Assembly (NCBI GenBank): GCA_026025075.1
Contig: JAPEUI010000024.1
Coordinates: forward strand, 1 to 64,000
DNA: 64,000 nt
From: Vezdaea acicularis
Taxonomy: Eukaryota
Direction of reading: 5' to 3'
Part shown: one piece after another, positions 49,797 through 63,449 of the stretch
How positions within the stretch are numbered: position 1 is the stretch's first letter
Layout of the letters: each line of letters begins with the position of its first letter
The notes under the pieces: model-generated
Database searches by the model: none
What the model was told of the DNA's origin: nothing
The model's input: the letters and a program-made list of their open reading frames with translations, nothing else
Position numbers and translations under genes: made by a program

Positions 49797-51744
49797 GATA
49801 GATTGGGGTATAAATCAGCGGGGTGGCGAAAAAACGGGTAGTAAATGCAAAGGGCAGTACGGCACGGGTATCTAGAAAGTCAATTGCAAAGAAGACATCG
49901 CAGAAGATCGCACAGAGAGATAGAAAGAGAGCGCGACGATGAAGATGGGGCCGTGCTCTGCAGCATTACTATCGTCGATGAAGTCAGGCTGGGATCGCAC
50001 CGAGTTGAATGCATGGTGGACAGGCTAACTCTCGTGCAGGGTTCAGGTGAGTGGACTACTGTGTGGTCCAAGGCAAGGAGGTCCCGGGCACGGTTGACGG
50101 TGCCGTCAAGGAACCAGGTTTGGACGCCTCACCCCCCCACCACATGCATGCGCCAAGACCGCGTTTGGCACGAACTATTCGCGAACGAGGATTGATTTGC
50201 CAGCCAGATGGAGGTTGCATCTCCAGCCCGTCGGCTGTTGGTGGAAAAGGATACCGCAGCGACGATAGTGGCCCATCAGGTGGCCGGCAGCTTTCTTGTG
50301 CACAGACATCAAGATGGCGATGGATGGGGGGCCAAAAGGCGAAGATGGTGAAGGCCGGACTGTCTTTGGCGGCAGCCGGCTCGAGCCCTAGTGGATCTTC
50401 TGTAGCACGAAGTGCGGGGAACGGACCTTCCCTCGATCTGATGCTAGAAGGCGTATCAAACTTAATGTTTGGCCCCAAGACAATGGGTCAATGCATTCGA
50501 ACAGGAGAAAGACACAGATCCAGAAAAGAGGTGGTGTCTTAGCGTTCGAGATATCAAGTACCGACAGAGCCTTTCCATCCTCCGAAACACGACCTCAGCA
50601 GCCAGACATGGAGCATGAGCGGCGACGGCAGAAGTGCGGTTTCTGCAGGCGCCAGGAGATCCCGTCCCATTCACATCCCAGCAATCGCGATAGTTGGGTT
50701 GGCCTGGGAGAGGCATTTTGCGACTCGACCAGGCTGTCGGCGGAGTTTTATTGCTGCACAATCTTGCAGGTGTTTACTGGCAAGAGGCGTTTGCATAAGC
50801 CGGCTCCCATGGAACGGCAATATCTGACGTCTTGGTTATCCAATCAGCTCTCTGATCCTGCTCGAGGCGGGCTCTCTGGGATGATTCCATAATCTCGGCT
50901 CTCGAAGGATGAAGAAGCCGCACTCCAACGATGCCGATGTCGATGCACCTGCAGACGGAAGCCAGCGCTGGGTTGTTGAGCGCAGCCCATTCGCCATGCA
51001 AAAAGTGCTCCAAGAAAGCCTGGCGAAAAAGGCAGGGTTGTCTGAAGATGGCCAGAAACCCAAGTGTCGTCGCATGTCGTGCACGACCCCAAACTCTCGC
51101 ACATCGCGAAACGACCCATTCCACGACCGTCGCGAAAGTTTCAAGACAATTCCACATCCCCTTTCGGAAGATGGGAGGGTGATCCAAGGGGATAGCGTCT
51201 TTCGCTACGTAAAGCCGCGTTAACGCTGCTTGAATACGATAGGGTTGCGTTCGTTCCGAAAGCTTTAGCTATGTACGGTACCTGCCGCGCTCTCTTCGTC
51301 CTATTTAGCCGTGCCGGGATTTCCTCCATGCACCTCGTTCGAGCAGAGACAGGAATATCCCCACCAGCTAAAAATGCCGCAGTTTCTGATTCAAAGCAAA
51401 TCAAGTCAGTGACGAGGAGGTTGACTTTTGGCTAGAGATGGCCGCTGCTATTCTCGGCTCGGTCCATGAGAATTCCGTTTGTGGATGGCGTCGTGACAGC
51501 ACCCTCGGCCGCGACCCATGTTGGAGAGAGAGAGAGAAAACTCATGGTGCCGGCTGGTATGTGTGATGCAAGGCTGATCATGCAATGAGGGGGGCTTGTC
51601 ACATGTGAAATGTCGCAGCCGTAGAATTCTCAATCAACTAATAATAACCAAAAGGGCAGACAAGAGTGGGAGACATTGTCTCTATTTCCAAGAATCTAGC
51701 CCTAGAGCCGTCTACCCGGTATAAGTTATCTCGCCCTCCAAAGG

Positions 51745-53870
51745 TCACTCGTTACGATCTCCTAGCAGTCCCTGGACCTCGTCCTCGACCGCGGACCCGC
51801 CATCCGACCCGGCCGAGCCTTCCAGCTCTCGCGCAAGCCTCTCCCCAGCGCTCTTCCCACGCCTGGCATCAACAAAGTACATCAGCGGGAAAGGTGCCGC
51901 GATCAGCACCGCCAGGAACCAGAACGCATTCCTCTGCTCGCCCGTCTGATCTATGATAACCCCGATGATCGACGGCCCAAAGATAGACGACCCTTTGTCC
52001 GTAATCGAATAGAGGCTATAGAATTGGCTTTCGAACCCCGGGGGCACCAGCTCGCCGTACAGCGAACGGCAGACGCTCGAGAGGCCGCCGAGCACGAAGC
52101 CATAGACGAAGGCTAGAAGATACACTTCCCATGGCTGCTGCAAGCCTAGGAAGCCGAGACGTTCGACGGCAGGGACGAAGCCGAGCAGGCAGTAAAGGGG
52201 GATTGTCTCGAAAAGTAAGATGCACCACAAGATGGTACGGCGAGGCTCGAGAGCGAGTCGATTCCAGGTAAATGCGCCGAGGACGCCAGCAATTGTTACG
52301 ACGACAGAGATGAGCGCCAGGGCCGAGGGGGGCATCGATAGTTCCGTCTTCGCGAATAGGACGGCGGTCCCGCTAACGGATGCAACTACACGGATCATCA
52401 ATGAATATTCATGTGAAACAGTACCAAGGGACGTTACTGGAATCAGAGATGAAAAACCAAGCAGCTAGAAAGAAGATCATGTCTTTCAGCTCACGTGCCC
52501 GGAGGATGGTCCTTCCGATGCTCGCCCAAGAGAAGCCGATTAGACGTAGCCAAGATTGCTTCTTTTCGTTGTAGGATGGCAGCGGCGGGCCTATTGACGA
52601 TTGTCAGATCTTGTGATATGAGGGGCTAGGGGAAGGATTCATCGAACCAGGCCGAGGACGAAGCCACATTGCGGCGGGGACCTTTGGCTGTTAGCGGTGG
52701 TCCGTAATAAGATATATTTACTCGAGGGTTTACCGTAAATATTGCCCACCAAGCACCTATGACGAATAGCACGACTCTGAGAGAGAACGTGCTAGAACCC
52801 ATGAGCAATAAGATGCCGACGGATAAGACCTGAACTAGAACAGCTGCGGAATATCCGATCCCGATGCCATAAGATGATATTCTGGTGGATAGGAGAAGCT
52901 GTGGTGAAGCTCCATCGGACGAGCTGACTGGCGATTGAGAGCCCGTTGGTGTAGGTATCAATGTGCTTGATGAATCTGTAGTTGTTTCTTGGGGCACACC
53001 CTCCTCGCTTTCTGCGGAGTTTCGCATCCGGTCTGTAGAGTCTTCTTCAGACGATGTATCAAACTGCTCTTTTTGCGTTGAGGGGTGGTAGCGGACGAGT
53101 AAAGGTAGGAATGAATTGAGAAGGACGAAAGAGGCGCCAAATGAGAAATTCCCCACAATTGCTAACAGAGCTGCAATCACATATACACTAGGGGTAATCG
53201 CAAGAAACAACATCGTAGCGATCGCTCCAGTAAAGGCAAATGTGAGAAGCATCTTTTTTCGGTATTCACCTGTACTGTCATTAATTTACGTTCCGGTAGC
53301 ATGAAGTGAGTAACCATACCATGGTCACAAAGACCGGACATAGATATGACGATGAGAGTCTGTAACGCTACACTGATAGCAAAAGTGTAGAGTGCAAAAC
53401 TGCTTGTATTTATTTCGCTTCCTAGCAACGTAATGACACATTGCTTATTTTCTGGCGTGACGGCACGCTGAAGGATGTCGATAATCGCGTTTGTCCCATT
53501 CAGAACCGGAGCAACAATGGACCCAGAGCAAGGTATGCTCCTGTCGGAAAGGAGCACCGCTGTTTTCGATTCTCTGGCTAATTGCTCGAGCGTGATTGGA
53601 ATGAATGACCCTGCAGATCACGAATCAAGATATTAGCACCTTGAGGCAAGTTGAGAAATTCTCAATTGAGTTAAGAGCTCACCGACGCCGCAGACAACGA
53701 AGACCTGTCTTGTTCAGTCGAGTACGGAGAGTTCAGCGGTGTGTTCCTCATACCTCGACAGCCCAACTATAGGAGTAGAATCCTCGAAGTTCTTTCTCAC
53801 TCGTCAGTCGCGTATCCTCTCCAGGATATTGTGGAGCCCTCCTTCGATCCCTCGCATGTTCCTCCATCAT
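51745..53870 (-). CDS. ATG22: Vacuolar amino-acid efflux MFS protein Atg22, multi-exon
   Basis: [98 protein letters not shown]. Confidence 0.93.
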
Positions 53871-55076
53871 AAACACCTGGTATCTTCAAAGCAGCAATTT
53901 TGATTCAAGTGATAAAGGCGACCGGAACGGTTCGATCACTGCCCTTCAGGATCCTTACCGCAAGAATGGGAGCCAGCCCAAGAGTGTATAGATGTTCCCA
54001 GATTGATGATATTTCCCAATCGCTGGCTTCATGCTACAAGATAGAAGACCTTTAGCATAGCTCGCCGATTGAAACTGGACGGGCCTTGGCGGATCAAAAG
54101 GCGAGCATAGCGCGCATAGTTTGTTGTACCGGGTTAATGAAGTTTGCTCGTAGTATAGCTGATGTGTCTCTATCTCACAAGCGAATTGTACGTTTTATCT
54201 CTTTTCTAGGGTCATGCGGGGATTTCCTAGAAAGCATTAGGATGATGCTGTGGAGGGCTGCAAGTACATCTAAATGGTTAGCCGAGTTGCGAACTGCTAA
54301 GAAAGCGCAAGGTCAATCCAGTCAAACGCCGTTGTCATGCAGTAAGAAGTCTAGAGATCACTTGAAAGTCCTAGGCATATATTATCTGCTTCAAAGAGTA
54401 TAAGAGAGTAAAGTATTGTGGTTCGTTGTAGTCCCGCAGCTCCCTCCTTTCTATGCAAAGGTGCTCGAGACGTCAGATTTGTCTACCGGCCGGTTTGGCG
54501 CTAGACTAAATTAGTGCTGTTTCCTTGCCTGCAGGCCGGTCGCTCTTAGGCCGTCACTCGCTATTCCAGCCATCGTCAAGGCCTTCAACCGCAACAGCAG
54601 ACACTTGTAGGACAATCCACCTAACCTATGGTCAGCATTAAATACCAACAGACGATGCGCATGAAGGCTGTAATCATAACCAAATACCCAACAGCATCGA
54701 GTTCGCGCTGATTCGTCTATGAAGCACGAAGGCGCACAATCCATTGAGGATTCAACACGTCCATAACGAGCTCCGACTTTTAGAGCGCTTTTTTTCTCAT
54801 TCGCTCATCACATTCGATACCACTCTACCTATTCCCTGGACATTGATATCTCGAGCTCCCGCTGTTCTACTTCCCTTTGTAACCTTTGATGGATGAGGAA
54901 GATTTGTGAGAGGGATAAAGGCCAACGGGTGTGGGTCGGCAGCCCATGCGCTAGAGGGTTGAGCCTCATCCGGCAGCCACACGATAGATCTCGACCAAGC
55001 GCCTAGAAAGGAGGACGGGAGGGGGTCGGGGGAGCAGGGGTTGAAGGGGAACGGCGTGCTCTCTGCTGTAGCAGAG

Positions 55077-58000
55077 ATGCCAATCGTTGTAATGTCGAAT
55101 GGCGTTGCGAACGAAGGGAAGTCGAAGGAGTCACAACTGAATGGCCAGGGTACAAATCATCGCGAGGCCTTACTGGAAGGCCACCACACGCATAGTAATG
55201 GCGTCCTCCGAAATGGAATCGAGTTCACGGCCGAGTCTTCATCCGCAATAGAGCAAGGAGCCATGACATCCCTTAAGAAACCACCACCCGAAATTGAACA
55301 TATTACACAAGGCTACCAACCCGTTTCGAGGCTTATAGCGAGACTCTCTCAGGATACGTTGAAAGAGTTAGGGGAGGTCATCACGAATATGGCCAACATC
55401 TCCTCACAGCAACAACAACCCATCAACTTCAATCATAATGCAAGTACGAACGGTAACAGCGGTACTACTCCGCAAGCGAATCTCGACAAGAAGATGCTGC
55501 TGATGGACTTCGTACAAAAAAGAAGAGCGCAGTTCATCAAAGTCTTAGTGTTGACTCAATGGAGTCGCCAAAGTGAGAAGGTCAGTAAGCTGATAGACTT
55601 GAAAGTCTGGCTTGGAAAACAGGTGAAGCTTTACGACGAGGCGGCCTTTTGGGTTGGAGATCTTCGACGAGGTTTAGACGGTGCCAAACTCCCTAATCCT
55701 GATCTAAAGACGGCCCTCGAAGTTTTATCGACAGGCAAGGCGTCATGGATGCCTGAAGTAAGTCGTTCAGATCACATATACGGAAAACAAGCGAGCTGAC
55801 CCTGTAAAGCTCACTTATATACCTTCTGATCCGTTGTCACCACAAGAAGTTTTAAAAGGGCTATCTAGTATCAATACGCTCCTTCTTATCCGTCTCAACC
55901 TACACGAATCCATACCTGTCTACTTCAAAGACTATACAGTGTCGTCTGGGCGAGCAACATTTACAGTCCCCAACGAGTTCCAGGTGGATATCTCGATTGG
56001 CGCGGATAACCCAGAGACTCCGCTATTCTTTGTCGACTTTCGGTTTATATTTTCGCCCGCAGTTTCCGAGGTTCCTGAGGGGCAGTTTTGGGAAGAGATT
56101 GCGGCAAGATCTAACCACGCGCTCGAGGTGAAAGGTCTTTCGGGGCTTTACAGCTATTTGCATGAGATGGTCCTGACCTACAAGATCAATATTCTACGGC
56201 GTCAAGCAATCGATATGAGCCGCGGCCCATGGACAGAAGCCATAAGGATAGAAATGCATTGGCGAAGACTAATAGTGCAATACTGGGCAGGACGGCCAGG
56301 TAAAAAGCATTGGGTGGAAATTGGAGTACACAGTGGCCAGATAAAAGATTCAAAGGGAGTAATCAAGAAGCAGCGACAGAGCTCTCTCGCTTTGCAGTGG
56401 GTGCGTGATGGTGAGAGGGTAGTTGAACCTGTTGCCCTGGATTTAAACACAGAGGCACTCTCAATGGAGAGCATAATAAACCACATCGTTGGACTCCACG
56501 TTAAGCAGATACTCATTTTCCTTAGAAGTCGACTCTTGGACTCTGCGCTTTACTCGCAAAGGGCTCTCTCACATCACCTCACGCTGTCCACTGACAAACC
56601 AGTGGACTCCACACTCAAGATACAGCTTACAGCGAACAAGCTAATCTCGATATCAATTCAACCTATGACTGGGTCTTTCGCATTAGAACCAGCATCCCAG
56701 CTCTCTATACGGGCGGAGTCAGAACTCAATAGCTATTCAATAGCGGCAAATCGTGCCCCACAGTCCATTGCTAACTTTAGGGGTTTGGTTGTTACCACAG
56801 AACTCGAAAGTCGCGCTGCATCTCTAGGTTGGAGAGTTCTAGAAACCCCAAATATAAAGCACGAGGAGCTTAAACGTGTCTTTCCGCGCGATACCCTTCG
56901 GCTTTCATACTTCAAGTTACCTGGATGGGGCCCTTACTGGTTATTGGCTTTTAGTGTCGGAAAGCATAGCGAGGACTGGTGGATACTCGAAATGTAAGCT
57001 GTGCGTCAACCCCCCTACTCAATCTTGACGACTAAACTACGTATAGCAACGATAATGACAAGGGACACTCCATAACGGACTCGCAGCACTTGTCAATGTC
57101 AAACCCAAGTGGTCAAATTGTTGATCACGATTATATTTTTCTCTCACGCTTGGCGGTAGGTTCAGCAGGAATATGTTCGCAGTTTGTAAACTGTCGAGCC
57201 TTGAGGGCCGCGAAAGTCAAATATGAACTACGCCTGCCTTCAGGAAAGCTTGAACTTAGAGCACCTAGAATGCATGTTCAATACTGGACTTTGATTAAAA
57301 CACGGAGCCTGAAAGGGTTTGGACTAAAGGATAACGTCTTTCCTCGCGTCGCAATTGGCTATCAAGGCTTGACAGGAGATGGCGGTGAAGCCTTGATAAT
57401 TACACAAGCAGCGATCAAAACGCCTACAGACTTCTCTGGAATCGTCACCGAGTCAATCGACAATGATATTGCGTTCAATCAATACACCGGGGTTTTCTCT
57501 TTCACGCTCCATACACCTGTCGGCCAGTCAGTGGTGGAGAAAGTAGTAGAACGGTTAGGCCGGATCGAGCGATTGCAACACTTCATGAGAATCATTCGAC
57601 AACATAGCCTTCGATGCTCTTCTGTATCGTTAACCAGGATCGATTTTACCTATTCACAAAATCCGCCATTGAGCGCCCAGGTTTTCTTTGACGGCGACTA
57701 TCCAATGAGGCTCAGCTTCGCGACAGGAAATCCACATCTCTACATTGTGGACCACCTCTCTCGATTTCTTAATGCTGAGGGGGGATTTGACCACATAGTG
57801 AGGCTTCTTGCTGTCACACTCCCTGTGTGCCGTGCCCTTGAAGCCATCGAACGGGACTCACAGAATATTGGTCAAGTCGGAATCATGCCGCGATCCGCAG
57901 ACATGATCCTACTTCGATACCACAACTCAGGGGTTTCATTTGATCTTCGGCTAAGGCATCGTCAAGACAACCTCTTGTGGACATTGAAGGAGTACGACGA

Positions 58001-58232
58001 TGAGAAGCGTGAGCCTGCGGCATCTCGGCAAGAAAAATTGTCTACGCTAGCGGCAGAGCTCAAAATCTATTTCTCAAAGAGTGGTGCTGGGTTCAAAGGC
58101 TTCAGAACTTCGATAATGGCCGAAATTGATGCCATTGAGGAGGTCATCAAGGGGCTCCACGTGCTGGTCAAGAAGCATGGTTTCAACGAGAAGACAGAAG
58201 ACGAATCTCCGGAGGTAATTGCTTTGGATTAG
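55077..58232 (+). CDS. MED14: Mediator subunit 14 (Rgr1), 3 exons
   Basis: PPEIEHITQGYQPVSRLIARLSQ; RAQFIKVLVLTQWSR; AKLPNPDLKTALEVLSTG; YTVSSGRATFTVPNEFQVDI...FFVDFRFIFSP. Introns near 55758 and 56994. Confidence 0.9.
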
Positions 58233-58957
58233 GACTGGTGTTTGCCATTCGATACCACACGTTTTTGCTTTGCACGCGGGCAATGAGGAATGGCTTTCAG
58301 GTTTTGTGTTATTAGCGCGTGCTGCATATGCTGGATGGGGGCTCAATGCTTTAATGATGGCGTTGGTGGAACTTGGATAACACGCAGTTGCCTTGGGAAG
58401 CGATGCATTCGGCGGCTGCAATGCGCATTGATTGCTTTTGAACCCTCTATACCATTGTAGGGTCTCGTTTGAGATATACCAGTGTAACTTAGAACAGATC
58501 AAAAGCTACATCTTCGCAAACCTCTCTACTTTGCGTGATATATTACATTCAGCTCATAAGATTGCAACTTGGCAATAAATATCATAACATTCCCTGGAAA
58601 CGGCTCTAAGCAGATATTCGGAACGCAAGCGCGACATCCCGAGGACTTTTCCCCGCTCGGGCGTCAAAAGGAGGACAAGTGTTCTCAAATCGTGCTAGTG
58701 CGTTTGGGGATGTCGCCGCCCTTAGGCTGCTTAGCAATCGCTCTAGCGAATGACAGGGTCTATGTGTCGACACCTTTCTTCAAGATCGCACCCCCTTGGC
58801 TGAAAGTCAACCTTTGGTCTCCTTCTTCCACCGAATTTTATAGTTTTTATTTCCCATATCGGCCACAATTCTCTCGACACTTGTTTTTCTTTGTGCACCG
58901 ATCATTTCAGAGTGCATCCTATAGCGTGGTATTTATCAAGCCTCAATTCCTACAACA

Positions 58958-60885
58958 ATGCGGAATCTCAAGAGTGGCGCCCTTGCGCTTCTGGCTGCTG
59001 CCACTCTGGCTTCAGCCTCGGATGTGCACGACCTCAAGAAAGACACATTCAATGAATTTGTCCAAGAGAATGACTTAGTCCTAGCCGAATGTATGTCCCT
59101 ATCCGTTCCGTTCGAAAGAATTCCGATGCTAACATCCATTGCTTTACAGTCTTTGCGGTATTGTCTCATTCTTTCCCTTTACTCCAGTCTGCATTTATAC
59201 TGACTCTTATCTTTTCCAATGTAGCCTTGGTGGTAAGTTTATAAGCACAGAAGACTTGCCTTCGGCGTCATAGATTCTAATAGCATCTATAGTGGGCATT
59301 GCAAAGCGCTAGCACCAGAGTATGAGGAAGCGGCCACAACATTAAAGGAGAAGAACATCGCACTAGCAAAGATCGACTGCACAGAGGAGGCCGAACTCTG
59401 CCAGCTTTTTGGAGTAGAGGGGTATCCTACTCTGAAAGTTTTCCGAGGCCCAGCGAATGTTACTCCCTACCTGGGGCAGCGGAAAGCGCCTGCGTCAGTA
59501 TTCCGACAAAAATCTGCGGCTAGTGTCGCCATGCTGAACCTTGAATTAGGATTATTTCTTACATGACCAAACAATCACTCCCTGCGGTTTCAATACTCAC
59601 AGAAGATACGCTTGAGGAATTCAAGACTGCCGACAAGGTTGTTTTGGTTGCGTATATCGAGTCCGGCGACAAGACCGCGAACGAAACTTACACATCAGTT
59701 GCAGAGTCTCTGAGGGATAGCTTCCTCTTTGGCGCTGTGACCGATGCTGCACTGGCGAAAGCTGAGGGCGTAAAAGTTCCCTCAATCGTTCTTTACAAGA
59801 CCTTCGATGACGGCAAGGATGTCTACTCAGATGCCTTTGATATTGAAGCTATTACCAAGTTCGCAAAGACTTCCTCCATACCCCTAGTTGGCGAAGTTGG
59901 CCCTGAGACCTACTCTGATTATATGGCCGTAAGTCACAGTATCCTTATATAGAACGAGCAACTAACAGATGCATAAAAGGCTGGAATACCCCTCGCCTAC
60001 ATATTTGCCGAGACCCCTGAAGAACGCAAGGAACTTGCTCAAGAGCTCAAAGCACTTGCCATTAAGCACAAGGGTGTTGTGAACTTCGCTACTATTGATG
60101 CCAAATCATTTGGTGCCCATGCAGGCAACTTAAACCTCGAGGTAGATAGATGGCCTGCGTTCGCCATTCAAGAGACTGTCAAGAATCAGAAGTTCCCCTA
60201 TTCTCAGGATAAGAAAATCACTCACAAGGATGTTGAGAAGTTCTTGGATGACTTCGTAGCTGGGAAGATCGAGCCAAGTATCAAGTCAGAGCCGCTTCCA
60301 GAAAGCCAAGATGGACCAGTGCAGGTTGTTGTAGCCTACAACTACAAAGATATCGTCTTAGACGAGGACAAGGATGTCCTTCTAGAGTTCTATGCCCCCT
60401 GGTGTGGCCATTGCAAAGCGTATGTCAAGGCTCGTGTTGTTAATTTCATATCTTACTGACATTCTTCCAGTCTAGCGCCTAAGTACGAAGAGCTTGCGGC
60501 TCTCTATACAAGCAACCCGGACTATAACAAGAAGGTTGTTATCGCTAAGGTTGACGCTACCACGAATGATGTACCTGATGAGATTGCCGGCTTCCCAACC
60601 ATCAAGCTTTACCCCGCAGGATCCAAAGACTCCCCAATCGATTACAGCGGCTCTCGTACCATTGAAGATCTTGCAAACTTCATTAAGGAAAATGGCAAGT
60701 ATAAGATCGACGCTTATGTTGAGGCTGCAGAGGACACCGAGATGCCCGATGTGGAGGATATGCCAAAGGCTGCTCCAGCAGCAAGTGAGAAGGTGAAGGA
60801 GGCGGTCAAGAGTGCTGCTTCAGGAGCAGCTGAGGTAGTCAAGACAATTATCGTTGATAGCGATGACGAACATGATGAATTGTAA
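58958..60885 (+). CDS. PDI1: Protein disulfide isomerase (a-b-b'-a'), ER-resident
   Basis: Signal peptide; two WCGHCK active sites, the first assembled across micro-exons; C-terminal HDEL before TAA at 60883-60885. Confidence 0.97.
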
Positions 60886-61173
60886 GCATGATCAAAGCTA
60901 CGTAGTGGAATGGGACACGGGGGCTAGTAGGGAGGAATGGACACTCGCGTCAAGCTGGTTCTTGTAATTTTAGAATGTATCAAGAGAAAGCATGCTTCTC
61001 ACTTCAGTGAGCTCACTGAGGGTTCCCCAAATATGAGGCTCTAGATCTCAACTACATTTGAGAATCATTTATTATATAACCCTAGGCGTGACAATCGCAT
61101 CCATATGATACAAGGACGCCATACTTCCACTTCCCAAACGTCTATATTTGGGTAGTCTAAGTGGACATGAAGC

Positions 61174-62242
61174 TTAACCTTCAATAGCAGGCTCTTTTAT
61201 GGGCGATGTGCCCCGCGGCGGTCCACCCGCCTTGGGCGGTGGAGCAACACCTTTTACCGCTGGGGTAAAGTCTTGTTCCTTACTCTTCTTTTCTCCCTCC
61301 GCAAAGTATTCATCCATCGCTCTCTTCGGTGAAATCCCATGATGCTTCTTCCTTGCTGACCTCCCGTGCGCTGGGCTCACCGACTTCCCAGGTAAGGGCG
61401 GGCCTTGCGCGCCCAGCTGGTTCGCCGGCACCAGAAACTCCGTCGACGCAGCCGCGGGCGTGAAGAAGTTCCCTGCCAATGGGGCGCTGTCTTCTTCGTT
61501 GCTGAAGCGTCCCGCTGTGGTATCGAACAATGTCTCGCCTGGGGCTTCAGGCGGCGCGTCTAGAGGCGGTGGTATCCTGTGCAACGCTCCGAAGCCTAGC
61601 ACGCATCCCAGTGCGCCTTCTCCTCCCCAATTCCTCGATGGGTTGATCGTGATCTCCCGCGTCACATTGTACTCGTGGTTGTAAACGTAAAGGTGTAAAG
61701 GCCTACTCAGATGGTCCTCTACAAGCTCGCCCAGGCCAGCTTCTCCTCGAACAATTCCCTCCGGCGTGCCAATTATGTAGTCTCCGTAGGGAAGGAGACC
61801 GGCAACTTCTGCTGGCGAATGCGGTGTGACTTCTAGTATATGCCAGGTGTTATGCGTGGTGGAGAGGGGTGTCCATTGCAGGGTCAGGTTTAGAAGTGGG
61901 GGTGAAGGTACCGGGATCGAGAGGGTACGCGTGCGAGCACCTTTTGCCGAATAGATTATGAGGTTTACTGTGCTCCCTGCACAGTTGTGGATCTCCTGTG
62001 TGAGAAGGGCTGGCTCTGGGTTGTCCTGTGGTGTATGTGTTAGCGTGAGAAAAACTAGAATGGCAGCGTGACTCTACGATTTGCCGTCCGTTGATACCTA
62101 TTATGAAATCGAACCACGGCTCGATGTGGAGCTCTGGGTCTGTATTTCGCAGCACCTGGAACCCATAAGCTGCGTCAAGGCCTCCCTGCGAGGTCGAGTC
62201 AGAGTCTAAGCGGGATATAAAGCGGTTCAGAGCACCGAACAT
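61174..62242 (-). CDS. GRH1: GRASP55/65 homologue Grh1, 2 exons
   Basis: MFGALNRFISRLDS; YGFQVLRN...IEPWFDFIIGINGRQI; TREITINPSRNWGGEGALGCVLGFGALHRIP. Confidence 0.94.
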
Positions 62243-62503
62243 GATTCTTGACTTTTGGTATGCGTCTATGCAGGGATATCCTGAAAGGCGGTTATTTAGA
62301 TTTAGGACTTCGCGAACCCCAAATGAAATTCCTCGCGTGCACAGGAGAGCTCCGTTTCTCCGCATCTTCAACTCAGCAAGACCAAATCGACTTCCATCCG
62401 CCACAGGGTTACTCAAGCTTAATCCTCACTCTAAAACTTTGCAACACTCAATCAAGGTTTTATATCCTGTCACCCGGCCTTCGCTAGACTTTCTTCTACT
62501 ACG

Positions 62504-63114
62504 ATGGCATCTCGCATATTGCCTCGTTTCTCAGGGCCTGCGCGGATGCTCGCGCGACGAACACTTCCTACCGCTCCAGCATCTAGGAATTTCCAGTCCT
62601 CGAGCCGGAGACTGGAAACTGTCACCGCCACTCCTATTCAAGTCAAGAAGCCCGTGGGCGCGTTTCGAGGCGGGTGAGTTTTCTGCCTTTGCCCCCTTTC
62701 CGTCATTTGTACTTGTCATGGGGACCTACCGATTGCCTTTTGACGAATTAGCATTGAAGCGGATAGCGTTGATTGAAGTGAATACTAATCTCCCTTCTAT
62801 AAATTTATAGACTCTTCGGGTTCTTTCTTGGCTCATCCTTAGCTGGCTTTGCCGTCTACTACTACATCCTCGATGAATACAAGGTGTCCAACGAGCTACT
62901 GACGGAAGACATCTACGTGCGTTACTGCATTTGATTCTCCACGCTCCTTATAAACCCTTGCTATGCTGCTCGTGGTGCTCGTATTATTATACTGGGGGCT
63001 GACCAGTCGGGTTTGATTTGGGGGTAATAGGCTCTACAGGCCGCCGTCCAACGAATTCATACCTTCGTGACAGGTTTAGAAGAAAGGGTTGAGAAGGTCG
63101 AGAAGAAAAAGTAG
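62504..63114 (+). CDS. Small putative mitochondrial single-pass membrane protein with C-terminal coiled coil, 3 exons (absent from the ORF track)
   Basis: Spliced: MASRILPRFSGPARMLARRTLPTAPASRNFQSSSRRL...KKPVGAFRG|GLFGFFLGSSLAGFAVYYYILDEYKVSNELLTEDIY|ALQAAVQRIHTFVTGLEERVEKVEKKK*. Confidence 0.85.
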
Positions 63115-63449
63115 AAAAGCGTTAATGAACTAATGTGGGCACGGGGGAGGGGGGGAGGGCGCTGTGGAGCTGTGAATAAGGAGAGAACGGTTGCTAGGAT
63201 AGGTGTACAGAATTACTGGGAATCTGCCTTAGGTTTGAACTACTACAGTTTCATAGGGTGCTCACTTCCCATGATCTCCCCAACGTTCAAACTCAGTGAT
63301 ACTCCTCTAGTCATGTTATCTTGACTGGTTATGAAAGAGACTTCAATCAGTAGACCAGGAGTTGTTGACAGTCTACTACATACTTCGTAATGCACTTCGA
63401 CTACCATCTCCCGAAGTATAGTACCCAAGACCCCCGTGCTTCCATTCCC

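Noticed and set aside
49845..51633. ORFs upstream of the ankyrin gene as a possible NLR partner, amyloid-motif gene or pseudogene
   Set aside because: No P-loop, no N/Q/G-rich amyloid-like repeat and no consistent frame. Cannot be supported without a homology search.
52429..52733. Apparent frameshifts in ATG22 and similar breaks in the laccase, HIS5, MED14, GRH1 and PDI ORFs
   Set aside because: All are explained by canonical GT-AG introns with branch sites, so these are not pseudogenes.
54000..54500. TA/CTAG-rich intergenic stretch as a RIP-mutated transposon relic
   Set aside because: The bias is mild, with no terminal repeats or transposase/RT remnants; consistent with ordinary promoter DNA.
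58750..58773. Possible UPR element in the PDI promoter (GACAGGGTCTATGTGTCGACAC)
   Set aside because: Only a partial resemblance to Hac1/HacA sites, not a clean match.
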